Under the pieces are notes generated by a model, which worked only from the letters and a program-made list of their open reading frames with translations, had not been told where the DNA came from and did not search any database. From NCBI GenBank assembly GCA_051362555.1, contig CM120647.1, positions 20,759,435-20,823,434 of the forward strand: DNA of 64,000 bases, given 5' to 3'. The position numbers were made by a program, and so were the translations under genes. Source of the DNA: Lingula anatina (Eukaryota; Animalia; Brachiopoda). Below are positions 1 to 14,692 of this stretch, piece by piece (position 1 is the stretch's first letter; the number at the start of each line of letters is the position of its first letter).

Positions 1-440
1 CTCCCCACAAAAAATCACTTTTAAAAAGCAGATTTCCTCCCAACTACATTGCCCAGTGCATGTGGCATATTTACAAGTGATTTTTAATAATGTGAAAAAT
101 ACACACCACAGCCTAGTAAGATGCACAGTTACTAGGATGCAGATGCATAGTATTAGTAGAAGCTACTCTTACATAAATAAACTTGTTTTACAATTGAAGC
201 GCGTGGTTCAATACAGGTTAACGGTTGGCAATTTAGCGAGAAACCCCTTGGATCAATCGCGATCTAGGTATGGGAACCCAGTCTTACTTTAATGCTATGC
301 CTAAACTAGCTGGTGGCACATAGCCAGGAGGCGTCGAAGCTTCTTTGACCTTTCACCCATGTAGTTTCAGGTAGGATTATACCATTATATTATTTGGCTT
401 ACATCAATAAACTCTGAGTATCGTCACAGGGGAAACGGAT

Positions 441-1733
441 ATGTATTGTAGGAAGAAGGCCTTTCTGTTGCTTGTAGTCAGCCCGATGATATTATTTGCC
501 TTTTGGAGTAAATTACACCAAGTTCAGAATTTAAAAGTTACTACCATTCAGGCACCCGGTAACTTTGTTAAGAGTGCTGCTAACCCATGGGCATCTGTCC
601 CCAGCTTTGAGATCTTCGTTCGCATGTGTTCGACCAAAAAAGATATGTTTAACAAGATACTTATACCCAGTATGAAGCTGTTCTGGCCAAACGATACTCG
701 GCTGATAGTTGTATTGGATAACGAGACCAAAAATGATCATCTCTGTGGCGAAGAACTGCGCGACAGGTACCCTTATCCGAACGTTTTCTATGAAAATCCC
801 TCCCCAAAAACCTACAACAACCGCGGTCATCTTCGACAGCAGTGGTCGATGTTCTACCCAGAGAATTACACCAATTCTGAATACATCGGTTTTGTAGATA
901 CAGATACTTTATTCATATCAACTGTCACGCCAGAGGATCTGTTCCTAAATGGGAAACCTGTAGTCATTGGAGTTTATGGTAAATTTCTTGTGAGCTTTTG
1001 GCAAGGGGTAGCCTTGAAGACGAGGAAACTCTTTGGAACACCAGAGGTAATGCAATGTATGGCCTATTTTCCTGTCATCTTAAAAGTGAAACACATCATT
1101 GATCTACGACATTACCTTGAGCGGCTACACAAGAAAAGATTTGACGACATTTTTAGAGAGTCAACAGTTGACGAAAGAGAATTATTCTCACAATTTAATG
1201 TAATGTGTCAGTACATATACACATTTCATCGTAATGAATACAGTTTTCGTATTCACAAGCGCCCGAATGGAAAGTGGATGCAAGAAAGCAAAGGCAGAAT
1301 GCCTTTAAAATTCTATCATGACAACTTTACAGCTGAAGAACGCGCGCCTATTGCAAGAGTAGCAATTCACTTGTCATATCATTTTACTCCAAAAAGTGAA
1401 GTTTTACTGTCTCCGTACAATTTAAATAGTTACTATCTCCAAGCTCTACTGGAAGGAATTTGCCATTCTGGTGGGTTTGATATCTGTCCTGCACACTGTA
1501 GATACTTCAATAGAAGTGGAATCCACAGAAATCTGTTCAATTTTGAATTCTCTGACTGGACATGGGATCCTGCATGTGTTGGGGCTCAGGAAAAACACTA
1601 TGCGGCTGTTGAGCGTTTAATAAAACAATACAGATTAAATGGAATGGAAATATTTGGTGAAAAAACACCCGCTGCCGCGTGTGAGCGGATTTTTCAAAGG
1701 GTAAAAGTGGATAAAAATAAGGTTATCCAATAG
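441..1733 (+). CDS. Single-exon type II membrane, GT-A-fold glycosyltransferase-like protein (430 aa)
   Basis: Uninterrupted 430-aa ORF; N-terminal hydrophobic anchor (AFLLLVVSPMILFAFW); DxD motif in YIGFVDTDTLF; FSQFNVMC motif; CAG acceptor-like site just upstream (~429). Family assignment is inference. Confidence 0.7.
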   Translation: MYCRKKAFLLLVVSPMILFAFWSKLHQVQNLKVTTIQAPGNFVKSAANPWASVPSFEIFVRMCSTKKDMFNKILIPSMKLFWPNDTRLIVVLDNETKNDHLCGEELRDRYPYPNVFYENPSPKTYNNRGHLRQQWSMFYPENYTNSEYIGFVDTDTLFISTVTPEDLFLNGKPVVIGVYGKFLVSFWQGVALKTRKLFGTPEVMQCMAYFPVILKVKHIIDLRHYLERLHKKRFDDIFRESTVDERELFSQFNVMCQYIYTFHRNEYSFRIHKRPNGKWMQESKGRMPLKFYHDNFTAEERAPIARVAIHLSYHFTPKSEVLLSPYNLNSYYLQALLEGICHSGGFDICPAHCRYFNRSGIHRNLFNFEFSDWTWDPACVGAQEKHYAAVERLIKQYRLNGMEIFGEKTPAAACERIFQRVKVDKNKVIQ

Positions 1734-2273
1734 CAAACGATACGAATGCAAATAATCTTAGGCGAGTCTGGTAATCTGTGTGACTTACGATGCTTATTCT
1801 ATTCCTCAGTACGTCCTTGGATCTCTGTCGCACACTGGCCACAGCCTCATTATCTGTCTTAAATATCGGAACCTAATTATGGTTTTAATCTATTCAATAT
1901 GAATTTATAAATTGTCCACCCGCACACTGAAACAAAGCACATGTTATTTATTAATTTTTTTATTACTTATTTATTTATTTATTCATTTATTATATTTTTG
2001 TGCGAATCAGGGCCCTTTTTGAAGCCCTGATGCTTGGGCCGAAAGTCAACAGTTCTTAATATGTTTTGACTCACTGATTAAATGTATCGACGAAAAGCGT
2101 TGACAGGAAGATGAATATTTTGCTATATAAATGTCGTGCTTGAATTGTGCGCTATAGCTGTATTAGCTGTAACACATATAGACCTATACTCGTACTGTGC
2201 TAATGTATACCTTATTTAGCTGTAAAGTTTCTGAATTATGAAACTGGCTGCTCATTTATTTATAGAATATAGC

Positions 2274-2276
<3 letters not shown>

Positions 2277-2321
<45 letters not shown>

Positions 2322-2337
2322 TGTTGTTGTTGTTGTG
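2277..2337. repeat. (ATT)n followed by (GTT)n microsatellite
   Basis: Directly visible. Confidence 0.9.
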
Positions 2338-4099
2338 AAGACTTGGTTCATAATGGGCAATTCTGCAGTATTTATATTTTTCCCTTTTGTATAGAGTAGG
2401 GGTCTTAATCTATCACTTTGCTTGGAAAAAGGGTTGGGACACTTTATGTGGCGATAAGCGGATGTGAGGTGACCGAATATATTCCAGTATAGATAAAAAC
2501 ATATCTGTATTCTATACTGCTGCGTATAAATAGGCCCCGTATAAATATACTTTTGCCCTTAGGTGTTTCACAATATCAGGGACGAATAAAACGTTTTGTT
2601 CCCGCAAGCAATTTGAATGGATTATACTGTCATAAATGTGATACCAGCTGGGAAGCAAATATGTTATTATAGTAGGGTGCAGTTGTGGTATTCTATACTA
2701 CAGCCGAATACACCAGAAAAGATGTCTTAGTTTTTTGAACAAAATTAAAATGTTTCCATCAGCTAGGTGACAGACAAGCGTGCACTGTAGGACTACTGCT
2801 AATAAGAAGTACAGTTTTGTCATTATATGAAGACCAAAAAAGGGAAGGAAAATTACTACACACGTATAAATATATATATGCTTCATTTGCCAATCTTTAC
2901 CTAAATTAGATTGAGAGAAAGAGGGCCTATTTTCGGTGAAATCATGTTGTTTGTTACCAACGCATTAATTTTTTTAAATTATTTTGATTAAGATTTGTTT
3001 AAAATAAGTCGTTACTTTTAAAGGCCCACATCTTATTCTATTGGTTTACCCTAACATATGAATTAATGAACTTTATAGAATTTCTCAGAATGATTAAACC
3101 AGATGTGTGGATGTTTGTCTGTTTTGCTTACGAATTGGCGGCCATCTTGAAAAATCGTCAATGACTTTGGAGTAGCAACCAAGCAAAATTGGCTTTTCCT
3201 GTGGCAAGAAATGCATTTCTGTAAGAACCACAGGAAACAACGTTGCGGGGTTAGAGTTCTGGCTACTCGACTACATTTAAAACTCAGACTTTTGTCTGTA
3301 ATGAGTCATTTTATTTTCTCATTCTTAGTAAATTACGAAGTACACAATGTAGTAGGTAGTAGTAGGAAAATAAATTAAATTTTGTCAGACCTACAAATGA
3401 GTTGATATGTATCAAAGACCTGTAATGAAATATTACAGTTGTAAAATCTAGTTTTTTTTTTATTTTAAATGTTGTATCTGTGTATTTTAGTCTATTTGCA
3501 TTGTCTTAGAATGTCTGTCATAACTCTTGTAAGAACGACTTGTTTTGGATTCTAATGAACAGATATCACCAGGCCTTCCGACGCTGAGGTGTGCATTGTT
3601 AAGTGTCGGGTAGGCGTACATGTACATCCATAAATCTTTACCATCAGATACTCATGACAAAAGCCTGGACACTATAGGACTGGGTTCGCATGCCTAGAAC
3701 GATCTAACAGGATCGATCCATCTCCGAGAGGCTTCTTATTAAATTAGCCAATCAGCATAACCTTCAATGGACTTGCGTTTTCCACTCTTGCCAAATACGC
3801 TTATAATTTTCAGACAAGTTGAGTCTTATGAAAATTGCACTTTCACACAATAACTTGCTAGGTTTACACTCATCTTAATTTATTTTATTCATTCATTTGC
3901 GATTAATAAATGTGACTTCTTAACTTAACAAATCTTTCGCATCCATATAATGTTCTTTGTTTATACCTTAATCAGAAAGCAAAAGCATTTCAAAACTGCA
4001 ATCGACGACTCTTAAAAATCCGGAATCAATACAACAGTGCGTCCAATACCAAATATTGATGAAACTATCTTTCTACGTACAGTGTACATGTATATCTGC

Positions 4100-4256
4100 C
4101 CAACTCCACGGGGACTCTTGCTGAATGCAGTCAGATTAACAGATTAACACGCCTCCTCCTGGCAAGCAGAAACAGTTGGTGATTATGTTGGAAAAAAGTG
4201 GAGGTGTGTTAATCTGTAATTCTGATTGTATTCAGCGAGAGTCCCCGAGGAGTTGG
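4100..4256. mobile_element. Short palindromic MITE-like repeat, copy 1
   Basis: CCAACTCCACGGGGACTCTTGCTGAATGCA...TGTATTCAGCGAGAGTCCCCGAGGAGTTGG form imperfect ~60-bp inverted arms; a related copy lies at ~14693. Confidence 0.7.
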
Positions 4257-5410
4257 ATCAATCGAGGTAAAACATTAGTTTTACTGGAAACGTGCCCTAA
4301 TAGTGGATGATAAGTCAAGGTGAGAAAGACTTTTTAAAAATATGCACATTGTGGTTTCTCTCTGAGACGTTTTACATAGGCTTCGTCGATTGCAGTTTTG
4401 ACATGTTTTTCAATAAACTAAATCGATCGGAGAATGTGAGGTGGTAGTGTGAGCAACAGTCACCATGGTTGAAATTTCAGTCCGGTTATGTTTTTTTTTT
4501 TTGTGTGTCAGAACAGATCTAGTTATTTTTTTGCAGTGATTTAAGTTGTTCGACTGATGTAACTAAATTTTCATTTGGACAAACAATTCTTTCTCTCGTT
4601 ATGTCTTTATGAGTTTTTTAATGGAAAATGAATCTATATATTGAGAATCAGTTCGTATTCTCAGGGCAGACTAGGCAAGACCCGAGTTTTATTTTCAAGC
4701 CAGGTCGAGACAAAGACCACCTCACTGAGAAAACACACAAACGGAGCTGTTGTGTGTGACTATAGCCACGAAACAATAGCATAATAGGCAATTAACCTGT
4801 TTGCCACTAAGATTGTATGCTCGCCAGGATGATGTGAAAGGATGCCAGTGGCTACTGAGACTTATAACGATGTTATATGTATGACGCCTATTAATAAGTG
4901 TAGATCTCAACTGAGGTTAAAGGGGATGAAGTAAACGGATAAATGGGAAAACTTTCATTTTGATTTTTATATTTTCTCTTATTTATGATTATATCCGTCT
5001 GTAATTTCTCTACTCATGCTACTGGCATCAGAGCACTGATAACCCTCGGCCATGAAGGAAGGCGTCTGATGCTTATTATGACCTACATCAGGAGATGTTT
5101 TACAAAAATATTCATTCGTTTCTACTGCTTGAATAAGTTAATCAAGATTTTTCATTTGACCCACTACTGCTTTCCTTCGATTCGTTAAATCACGATAACT
5201 TGTTTTTCATTTCTCAGAATACCAAGTCAGTTGGTTCCAATGTGTTTGAGAGTACTGAGGTGGCTGTACATGTTAAGTCCAGTGTGTTTTCATTTGACTC
5301 ACTGAAATTCACCACAATGAAAAAAAAAAAAAAAAACCATGCCCCTTCAGGCTGCCTAAAAATGCAGTCATCCTACGCCCTATTACATAATCCACATTTT
5401 GGATAAGTGT

Positions 5411-6870
5411 TTAAAGGGTTTGCTTCATGCCGTCAGAATGGCCTGAACGGAACATATTCTTCAGAAAACATGCCCAACTAACGATATCTTTATCCAAATA
5501 CACAAATTAAAAGCTCATTTTGTAAAATTTTGGCTTTAAAAAACGTCCTATTTGCTCGTCCTGGGAGTTAATGAGCTACGTGGTCACGTGGTCCAATGAC
5601 GACAATCGAGCCACTGGAGAACAGAGCGTGCTTAGCTGTCAAACTGAGCTGCATTGTCTACCTGTAAGATGACTTCTCTGGCTTCTGATAAAAGTTTATA
5701 CTCATTCAAATCTCTTACCCGAGGGGTCTAAATCCTCGTGAAGCTGTGTAAAACCATTTCCCGTCTAGTCATTTCTTTAACAAGCATTTCATTATGGTTA
5801 TCCCAAGTTGTATAAAACACTGCATTTGAATGAGTTAAGGGAAATGTTGATTATTGCATATGAGGTCCATGTTATTTGTGAAATTCAATTTATTTTATTA
5901 AACCGCTGACACTCCGTCTTGCATACTTTTATTAAACTGAGGTAAACAATGCCCGTTACCTTTACAAGTCCTATCTTAATCATCCATCTAACTGGAACTT
6001 CCTTTACCTCTTAATTAGAGGGTTAAATGGCATTCAATTTGTCTTGCTTGTATCGAACGCACTCTCTATCTAAGCTTTACTCCAGTTATCTCAGGTAAAA
6101 ATCTACCTGTGCGTTAGTTACATAGCGCAGCTCCCGTAGACCTGGGGGTACTAGATAAAATCTGAACACCAGGTTTATCGAGGAGCTAGAGAAAGAAAGG
6201 AAGAATTTTCCCTGCACAACTTCATAGGAATTTTAACACGGACTTGATCCAGCTTAGACCTCCAAACTAACAGGGTGACATGGGCAATTTTCACAAACAA
6301 ATCATAAAACTATATTTCAGTTAACCGCCTTTAAAATAAATATACCGTTCTGGGTAAATTAAAATAGTTATTAAATCGCAAGAATATTTTTGACTTAAAT
6401 GATGATTTTATTATTAATGGAAATTAAGCTGCTATATGAGGTACATTTGCTGTGATTACGCTGTCCTTCATGTTTTGCGTAAGTCTACATTTTGCTGTAT
6501 GTGCTTGTAATCTTTTTAAATATGTGCGTACAATTTTTGCAGGTCTGGTTACCCCCCTGTTATGTGATGAGAGTATTAATTTGGCAATTAGTTCCTTAGC
6601 TTATTTGAATAGAATTGCAGTGTAAAATTTTCAACAAGATGTTGGCGAAATAGCCCATTACTCTTTGTAGGTATTTCCCCCGTCAAAGTTTGTCTAAAAT
6701 TATCTTTCAATCTTTACTCTTTCAAAGACAGTATAAAGTTACCTGACATATTTTCTTGTAAACTTAATGACAAGCCAAGTGTCTCCAGTTCATTCCGTAC
6801 TCAATTTTACCCAAGCAAATTTTTTTCTTGAGTAGATCTTTATAGCACGGTGTTATAAGCTTACAAATTT

Positions 6871-6919
<49 letters not shown>

Positions 6920-7913
6920 CGTACTGACGCAGAATTTGCGTTTCAAGTTATAAAATAATCAATCTTTTAAATTATTTAATATTTCAGATGAAATAATCTT
7001 CAGAAACAAATCCTCAAAGCATAAACGAATTAGGATAACGAACCATTTTATTATAGCAGTTCCCATTTTTTCTTTAATATAACGCTCTTTTTCCTGTTTT
7101 TCCTCAACACGTTTTCTTCCACGGAAGCTTCAAGATACCCTGAGAGCAATTTCTTTTATTAATGTTCGCGACCGTGTTTGAACTTAATTGTTTAAGTATT
7201 GATATTTAACGTCATTTACAAATACCAATAAAATAACCCCATGAAATAAATGAGATATATTGAAAAATATGAAAGCCCACCAAGACGAGTTTCATACCTG
7301 TTATTACCTGGCTTGGGAATTGCAGCGGTGCATAATTAACAGGTTTGTTGTAAACGAGCTTTTGGTCAACTACAATGCATTTGAAATGCATCAGCAATCA
7401 GTAAGTTTGCCAACTGATGACAGTTAATCTGAAAGACTACCAGCTCTTGATATGATCTAAACCACCTGAGGTGACCATGATCTAGAGCATCGCAACTATT
7501 GTCACCGAAGTTAGTAAGTAAGTCACGGAAGACCGTCACAGACAAAGAAAGATTGTCAACGAGAGCTGCAATTTTGCTGAATCCCACGGCAACACACCGA
7601 GGCATAACGAAAATTCCTCAACTCCGTTCAACACAACTTTCCTTAACTTCTCCGTCTGTATGCACCATGCAGCTCAGTTGAGTCTCATAGACCTTTATCG
7701 TGATTGTCGTCACAGTACCACGTGACCCAGATCTGTTGCTTCATTTTTGCATATTGAGGTGAGGTTTACTAAAACGCTTTTTTTTCTACTAATAGATTGT
7801 TTTTATAATTTTTAACTGGCGGGGATCGATTAAAACATACCTCTAGTGTATAGATTGAGTGCTGTATCTTCAAAATTCGAGAAATGGATTTTTACATGAA
7901 CATTGTCCTTTAA
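5411..7913. mobile_element. Possible decayed non-autonomous TTAA-flanked (Kolobok-like) DNA transposon
   Basis: TTAA-AGGG..TTCATG at the left and CATGAA..CCT-TTAA at the right; subterminal GGTCACGTGGT (5582) and ACCACGTGACC (7717) are inverted. The TIR match is weak. Confidence 0.3.
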
Positions 7914-8796
7914 ATACGCGCTCACGACAGTGGCCTGCGAGAAGTTCACAGCTACCAGTTTAACTGACATCGTGCCTATCACAATTTTGGGGAGAAGGTA
8001 CATGTACATGTATATGTTGTTCAGAAATTGTCATCAAATTTGACTGTACATTTCGAAGTCATTGCTTAGTACTTATTATTCTTATTATAAAAAAATGATA
8101 AATAGAATAATTAAAATAGAAAATAACATGTATGTGTTAATAAGATATTGTAATCAAATTAGCGCACCTCTATCAAACGCCATTCCCTTCGAACAAGTTG
8201 ACCATTGGTGACAACAGGAACGCCACCATGTGACTATGTATCACTGAAGGTATAAAAGCACGGAATTTTGAAAGTGCGGTCATTCAACAGCGGACTGATG
8301 TAGAGCAACAGAAAGGATGACATGTGCTGCGTCCCATATCAAGCAAAAAGGACACGGGAGTTAACTCGCATCTTTCCGAAGCTTTCCCTCATCCTTCGTC
8401 AACGCATCGTTCATCGACATAATGTTTCTTGCACACGCAGACGTCTGGACGGTGGATTCGACGTTTCTCTAAGCTGGCCAGCTAAAACCTTCGCTTCTCC
8501 GCACGAGGAATCGTCGCTCAGGAATCTTCGCAGGATACATCATCGGCTTTCTGCTGGTCTAGGCTCTATTGTTGTAGTGTCATTGCATTATTCCCACGCG
8601 TTTCAGGTTTCTTCTTATTGCAGGTCCAGGAAGCAGACTGCAGAGGGCTGACATAGGTAGGGAAAACTCATTTATCCGTTTTTCTTTCTGCTTACAGAAC
8701 TCTATTATGGTGATTCTAGATAGAGCTCCCACTGACATCTGCAAGGAGAAGAGGGCCACACCTACACTTTAGATATTACCATCAATCCTTTGTGCC

Positions 8797-8955
8797 AACG
8801 AGTTCTGCCATGGTCTGCCTACAAGGTGGCTGCACTGGGGAAGCGCCCAACGAGTCCTGTCATGGTCTGCCTACAAGGTGGCTGCATTGGGGAAGCGTCC
8901 AGCGAGTCCTGCCATGGTCTGCCTACAAGGTGGCTGCACTGGGGAAGCGTCCAAG
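8797..8955. repeat. 52-bp tandem repeat x3
   Basis: CATGGTCTGCCTACAAGGTGGCTGCA recurs at 8809, 8861 and 8913; a diverged single copy lies at ~10128-10220. Confidence 0.85.
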
Positions 8956-11900
8956 GTATATGGTGTTTCAATGAGATGGAAAACCCTCAGAGGTAACCCG
9001 TGTTATTGGCGAGAGAAATAGACTAAAATATTTTTCATTTGCGGTCTGCCCCATAAGTTTTTCACTTTACTGGCCATTAGGACTACAACTTTCCTAGAGT
9101 CTACTGGTCTGTATTAGGATCCAGTGGTTCGAATACAAACGTCAATAAAACTGGATTTGCATTTTAATATTATTATTATTATTATTAACAACACTCTGAC
9201 ATTTTTTTTAGGAACATGAAGTAACAGATACATTAAAACTTGAATAAAATCAAAAGTTCTTTTGAAAACTTATGAAAAAATCTAATGGTTACAACACTAA
9301 ATTCACACATTGTGAAAAATCGATTTGTCCAGGCAATCATTAGTATGTCACAGTCATTGATTGCACAGAAATGGGGATATGATAAAAAGACTTGGTAATT
9401 CAATAAACAAGTGTTACCGTTTTAGAGATCAAAAGAAAAGGAGATGAGATCCTGGAAAATCCCAACGTGAAAACAAAGCTGCTGGACAGCAAGAAGTCGG
9501 CGACCTGATAGTGCTGGGTTTGCCTTGGAAGAGACGCTGACTTGAATGCCTACTTCTCACTGATTGGTGAAGCCATCATGTCACAGGTACTCACTGCTGC
9601 TCATTAAGATAACAGATATGCGTTTCATAAAAGAAATTAAAGCTAGTCTATAATGGATAAAATTGGAGCAGTCCAGAGTTTTTACTGTAAAGTCAGATTG
9701 ATTGAAAACAAGCATAATTCTTTTAAAAACTTTTATTTATGCTAAAAAGTTTATTTATATTTTGAGATGAATGAGGTTGATAAGTTTGAAACCCGAGACA
9801 CTTTCATGAGGCAGCCCACTGTCACTCTAAACGAATTACTTTTATCCTTGACAACCAATCTCATTTTCATTTCAAAGTTCTGGTAGATAGTATTAAAGAG
9901 CTCTTAGCCATGCACTGTTATGAAACAGTCTACTGTCATAACAAAAATTATTTCACTCGTCCATTCACCACACTCTTGGGATAAACCACTTTTCAGAGTT
10001 GGTACATTGGGGAGGGGTGGGGGAGGTAAAGGCAAAAGCTAATGCTATGTTTCCTTTATATTACTTTTCGTAAGAAGTGCAAAACGAGTGGCAAATGTAA
10101 TCCTTTCAATCAATCCTTGGCTGGTGATTCCTGCCATGGGAAGGTGGCTGCCTGGGGGAACATCAGAAGCATGCGGTGTTTCACTAAAATGGAAACCTTC
10201 CAAGCCGTAAAAGGTAACTCATTTTATTGGGGAGAATAATACACTAAAGCCATTTTTCTTACCTTACTTAACTTTTGAGATAAAGCCCTTAGCCACATTA
10301 ATTTTACAGCTAACTTTCACAAGGCAGTGTACATTCCCCTTGACCCACTTTATAAGGTTTTTCTTTCCTTTTTTTTATTAAACTTTTTTTAATGAATTTT
10401 TTTAAAGCTGCTATTTAGTCTAAAAATTCACACTTTTTAAATAAAAGAAGCGCGTTTGAACTCTGCTCTGATCATGTTAAGAACAAAAAACTTCTGAAAC
10501 GCCAAAATACTGAAGTGTTAACGGTGTGTAAATACCAGTGACATTCATGTTCTTTGTTGCAATTACTGCAAGCTTTTCATACTTTTGTGTTAACACATTA
10601 CATTTCATTTGTAGGCCACGGAGGTGCAGTTTTCCAGAAATAATTCCTGAACGCAGACACCAACAATCCTAGCCCAAATGTCCAAGATGTGAAACACTTA
10701 ATGGCGCTAGCAACGAGCCCCTTTTGCCACTTCCATTGATGATCGGTCGTCCTTGGCAGTCTTGGTTTTTAAAGACGGTTTGTCTGCGAAAAAACTTTAA
10801 AGAATGTGGAATGGTAATGAAGAGCGATATACAGAATGTAAGAGGAATACAATCTAATAATGTAGTCAAGTCTATATTGAGAATTTTTGCGGTTCATGGG
10901 ACACAGATATGGGTCTGGTGTAATTGCATTTAGTAAGTTTTAATTTTTCACTTAAGACAGTGCACCATTTTATTTCAATAGCTTAAGAGAAACTGAAGTT
11001 CGGGATGATAGTTCATAATTCCATAAATGATCAGTTGAATAGGATGAATTGTGGTTCTGTGTGAAAATTTTGAGTCTGCCTCTATAGTCATATTTTAAAA
11101 AATAAAATTGAATATCCAGATGTTTTATCCACATTCTAAATGCAGATAGATTTTCGCTCACAAAAACATTACCACATAGGCATTACCACCACTTATGGTC
11201 GTCTGTTTTATTTCAATCCTAGTGGTGTAGTTATTTTTCAAATTTGTGCTTTTGATGATGTGGAGTTGTTTGTCAGTATAGCTTTTGAGAAGATCATAAC
11301 CCGTACATTAACCATATCTAACAACCCTCACAGATTTGTAAAATCCGACTTGATGTAAATGCTTTTACATGAAGAGGCTTTACATTGATAGCTTGTGCAA
11401 AATCTGTAATGAAATATTTTACGTTGCAGAAAATATTTCATTATGTTTTCGCACAGTCTGCTCCTCGTGTGGGATGGCAGGGTACACACGGTCATCTCTC
11501 AAGATAGAGGATCGCAATTTACTTATATTACTAATGTTCTGATTTTCTCAAGTGTTATAGTTGACAGATATATCCAATTCATTAAATATGCACCCTCTTC
11601 TCCGGATAAAAAAAATTCCTATTGAAATTTACATGGACGGTCATACAGTGAAATGTGAGATATGAAATATTTCAAAGCAAGCTTGCTTTATTCTTGACTT
11701 GTATCATACAGGTAGTTGCGATTTCAGAGCAAAATTACATTTGAGAAACTTCTATTTTAAATTGAGTTACAGTGTATATGTCAAAGTTTAGTTTAAATCA
11801 TTGAGGTGCTCGAGTTGTAGTCATATAACTTGAGTCTTTGTATGTATTTTTATACTTGGAACTTGAATAAAGTTTTGATGGATACTTTCACTTGTAAAAG

Positions 11901-12516
11901 GATTGAGTCACTTTATTTTTGTCTTCATCTCCTTAGATAAAGTTGAAGTTAGTCTAGGTTTAATCAAGGAGTTACAACAGAACTTCTTGGTTTAATTATG
12001 TTAAGACTGTAGTAAATGCGTCTTAATTGCCTTCAGTACCTTTTTCTGTAGGAATTGGTAAATTCTTGTGCTTCATAATGTGTACCAGTATAGTGTCTAT
12101 AGAGAATAGTTTGTACTCACAAACTTGCACCATGTTGTCTAAAACGGGACGATATTCTTAAACTTTAAGGCCCCGTGCCAATAAAAACAAAGCTGGAGTT
12201 ATAATGTTATAAAGGCTGAAGTATCCGGGCGTGGGCACTTTCCCGCCATTCCCCACGAAGCGTTTAGACGGGAAATTGCCCACGGCCCGCAGGCATCGGG
12301 TACCAGCTTCCGGCCACAAGACCAGCATTAACGGACTGTTTGCGTTTTGTTGTTAGATGATTGGGACATAAATGGAAAATCTTTTAATAATACTACCATT
12401 TATTGATTCATTGCGTTTACGTAATTAATTAGTGATTGCAAAGTGCTTTTGAAATTGAATGTTACTAAATTGCACATAAAATTTGAATAAAAATTATACT
12501 CTATAATTTTTCTTTT

Positions 12517-12561
<45 letters not shown>

Positions 12562-12676
12562 AAAAAAACGGAAGGCCTGTACAGACTTGCAAATTAATTT
12601 TAATGGTGTCGCAATGCATCTGCACGAGGCTCGTTTAATCATCAGTCGAAATTATCTTCTTTTCAACTGCCCCTTA

Positions 12677-13164
12677 GGGGCCGTTCACATGAAAAATCTA
12701 TTTTCTAAAATCCTATTGGCGGTATCTTGTGATCACGGTCTGTGCCCTGAATGCCCCACGGCGTAATTACTGGCAGCGCGAGCGAGTTACTTCCAAAGCT
12801 GTAATTAATTCTCCGCTGCGCTCGGAGGAGATTCTGATACCTTGACGCATGCGCAGTAGTATCTCTAAGCTGTGGAGTTAATCAGTTTAGTTGTGACGAC
12901 GCGAGCATACAGACGCGTAATATGGCTAGTGGTAGTGCTTGTTTTCAAAGCAACTGCGACCGCCATTTACTTTCTAACTTCCTACTGCGCATGCGTCAAG
13001 GTAAGAGAATCTCCTCCGAGCGCAGCCTAGAATTAATTACAGCTTTGGAATAACTCGCTCTCTCTGCTAATTAATTACGCAACGGGATATTCAGGGCACA
13101 GACCGTGACCACTGGATACCGCCAATTGATTTTTAGAAAATAGATTTTTCATGTGAACGGTCCC
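12677..13164. mobile_element. PIF/Harbinger (Tourist-like) MITE, 488 bp
   Basis: ~185-bp TIRs starting GGGGCCGTTCACATGAAAAATCTATTTTCTAAAA and ending TCATGTGAACGGTCCC; TTA on both flanks (3-bp TSD typical of PIF/Harbinger). Confidence 0.85.
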
Positions 13165-14692
13165 TTAGCTCACTTAATTTAAGATTTCGGTTTCTTTCAT
13201 AGTTTTGATCGCTATATTTCCAAAAGGAATGCAGCTGTTGGTTCTTTCTTTATCCATGTGATATTTACCAAACACTTTTACACTGCCACCTATTCCATGT
13301 CAAATAGATGACAGAACGCTTTTAGAACCATCTTTTTGAAAAACATATGGATTTATACTTATGTGTTGCGTAGAGTCCCATGTTGGCCGCTTAAACCCCT
13401 TTGGTCGGTTAAGAAATTGATTTTAATCATTAAAACCAACAAGAATTATACTGACATATATTTCTAGTCAAAAGACGTAAAATTTGTTTCTACTCTTCTT
13501 GGTCATTTTTATCATTATAAAGATGATAAGCGCGGCGTAAACTTCTAAAACCGAGGCATATGCACGATTACGATTTTATAAAGGTAAACAAGAAATTATA
13601 AACAACCTTAATGTTCGCTCATTTACCAACCATAAATTTACTTTTCTAGTTAACCCTAACAATTTGTCTGAAAAGATGTTTGAATAAAATGTAGGAACAA
13701 ACACGGCCACGAAAGCTGGTAGACAGTAAGTTAAAGCCCGATTCCCAAGGAGGTCTAAGTTCTTCGGTTTTCTCCCTTTTTAATAAATTTCTGACTGCAT
13801 TTTGATTTGCAACCTCGTCACAAGGCAACAGGGATGGGCACGTTTTCCAGAAAACCGGAAAACGAGATCTATACGAGACTGTAACACGCAGTCTCTCATT
13901 GTTCTCTGGGCTTGGGACCGGCAATGGGGCTCCACCCCCAGGTGTGTCTATTCCTATTTAGACAAAATTTCTTGTTTTTTCCAGCAAAATATTTAATTAA
14001 CCCTGTGACAAGAGTGAGTGAAACCAGCTTTCGCCCTCGGTCTTTTTAAAGCAATATTCTGATAGAGGCATATATTTGTCCGGATAAACGCCATCGATTA
14101 TATTATACCACGATTTAAACCGTGTCGACGGTGCTTTATTTAGAGTTGCTGATTGGTAGTATATATGTACGCTATATAATGACAAAAAGAATAAGGATGT
14201 TATAGCAACCAAAAGGCTGAAATTATACCAAAATAGTATGTGTTGCGTAGAGTAACCCAGAGCAGAGTCTTTTCCCGAAACCCCTTCCCCAAGGGCCCCA
14301 TGTACATGCATTTCTGCATTTCATCTAATTATGTATATATAAATACATATAATCATTTATTGATTTTGATAAGTATTTGGTACACTTAACTGGAACAGTC
14401 CATTTTGAGAGGCTGACAACTTCATAGCCTGGAGCTGTATTTCTGAAAGGTTGTAACTTACAAATTCTTGTAAAAATTCACGTAAGACCCATAGTTTCGT
14501 GAATATAGCCCCTGGATAGGACATTATACAAGAGAGTCCCCTGAATGGAGCCCCTCTGCTCCCCACAGACACTTTTGAAATTAAAATCAACGTCTGCCCA
14601 AACATAAGGAAGTGAAGCTGTGAAAGCAAGTAAAAACCCCTGTAGTGTAATAGTTTATCTATATGTTCACCTAGCCAATGCACACTAACTTC

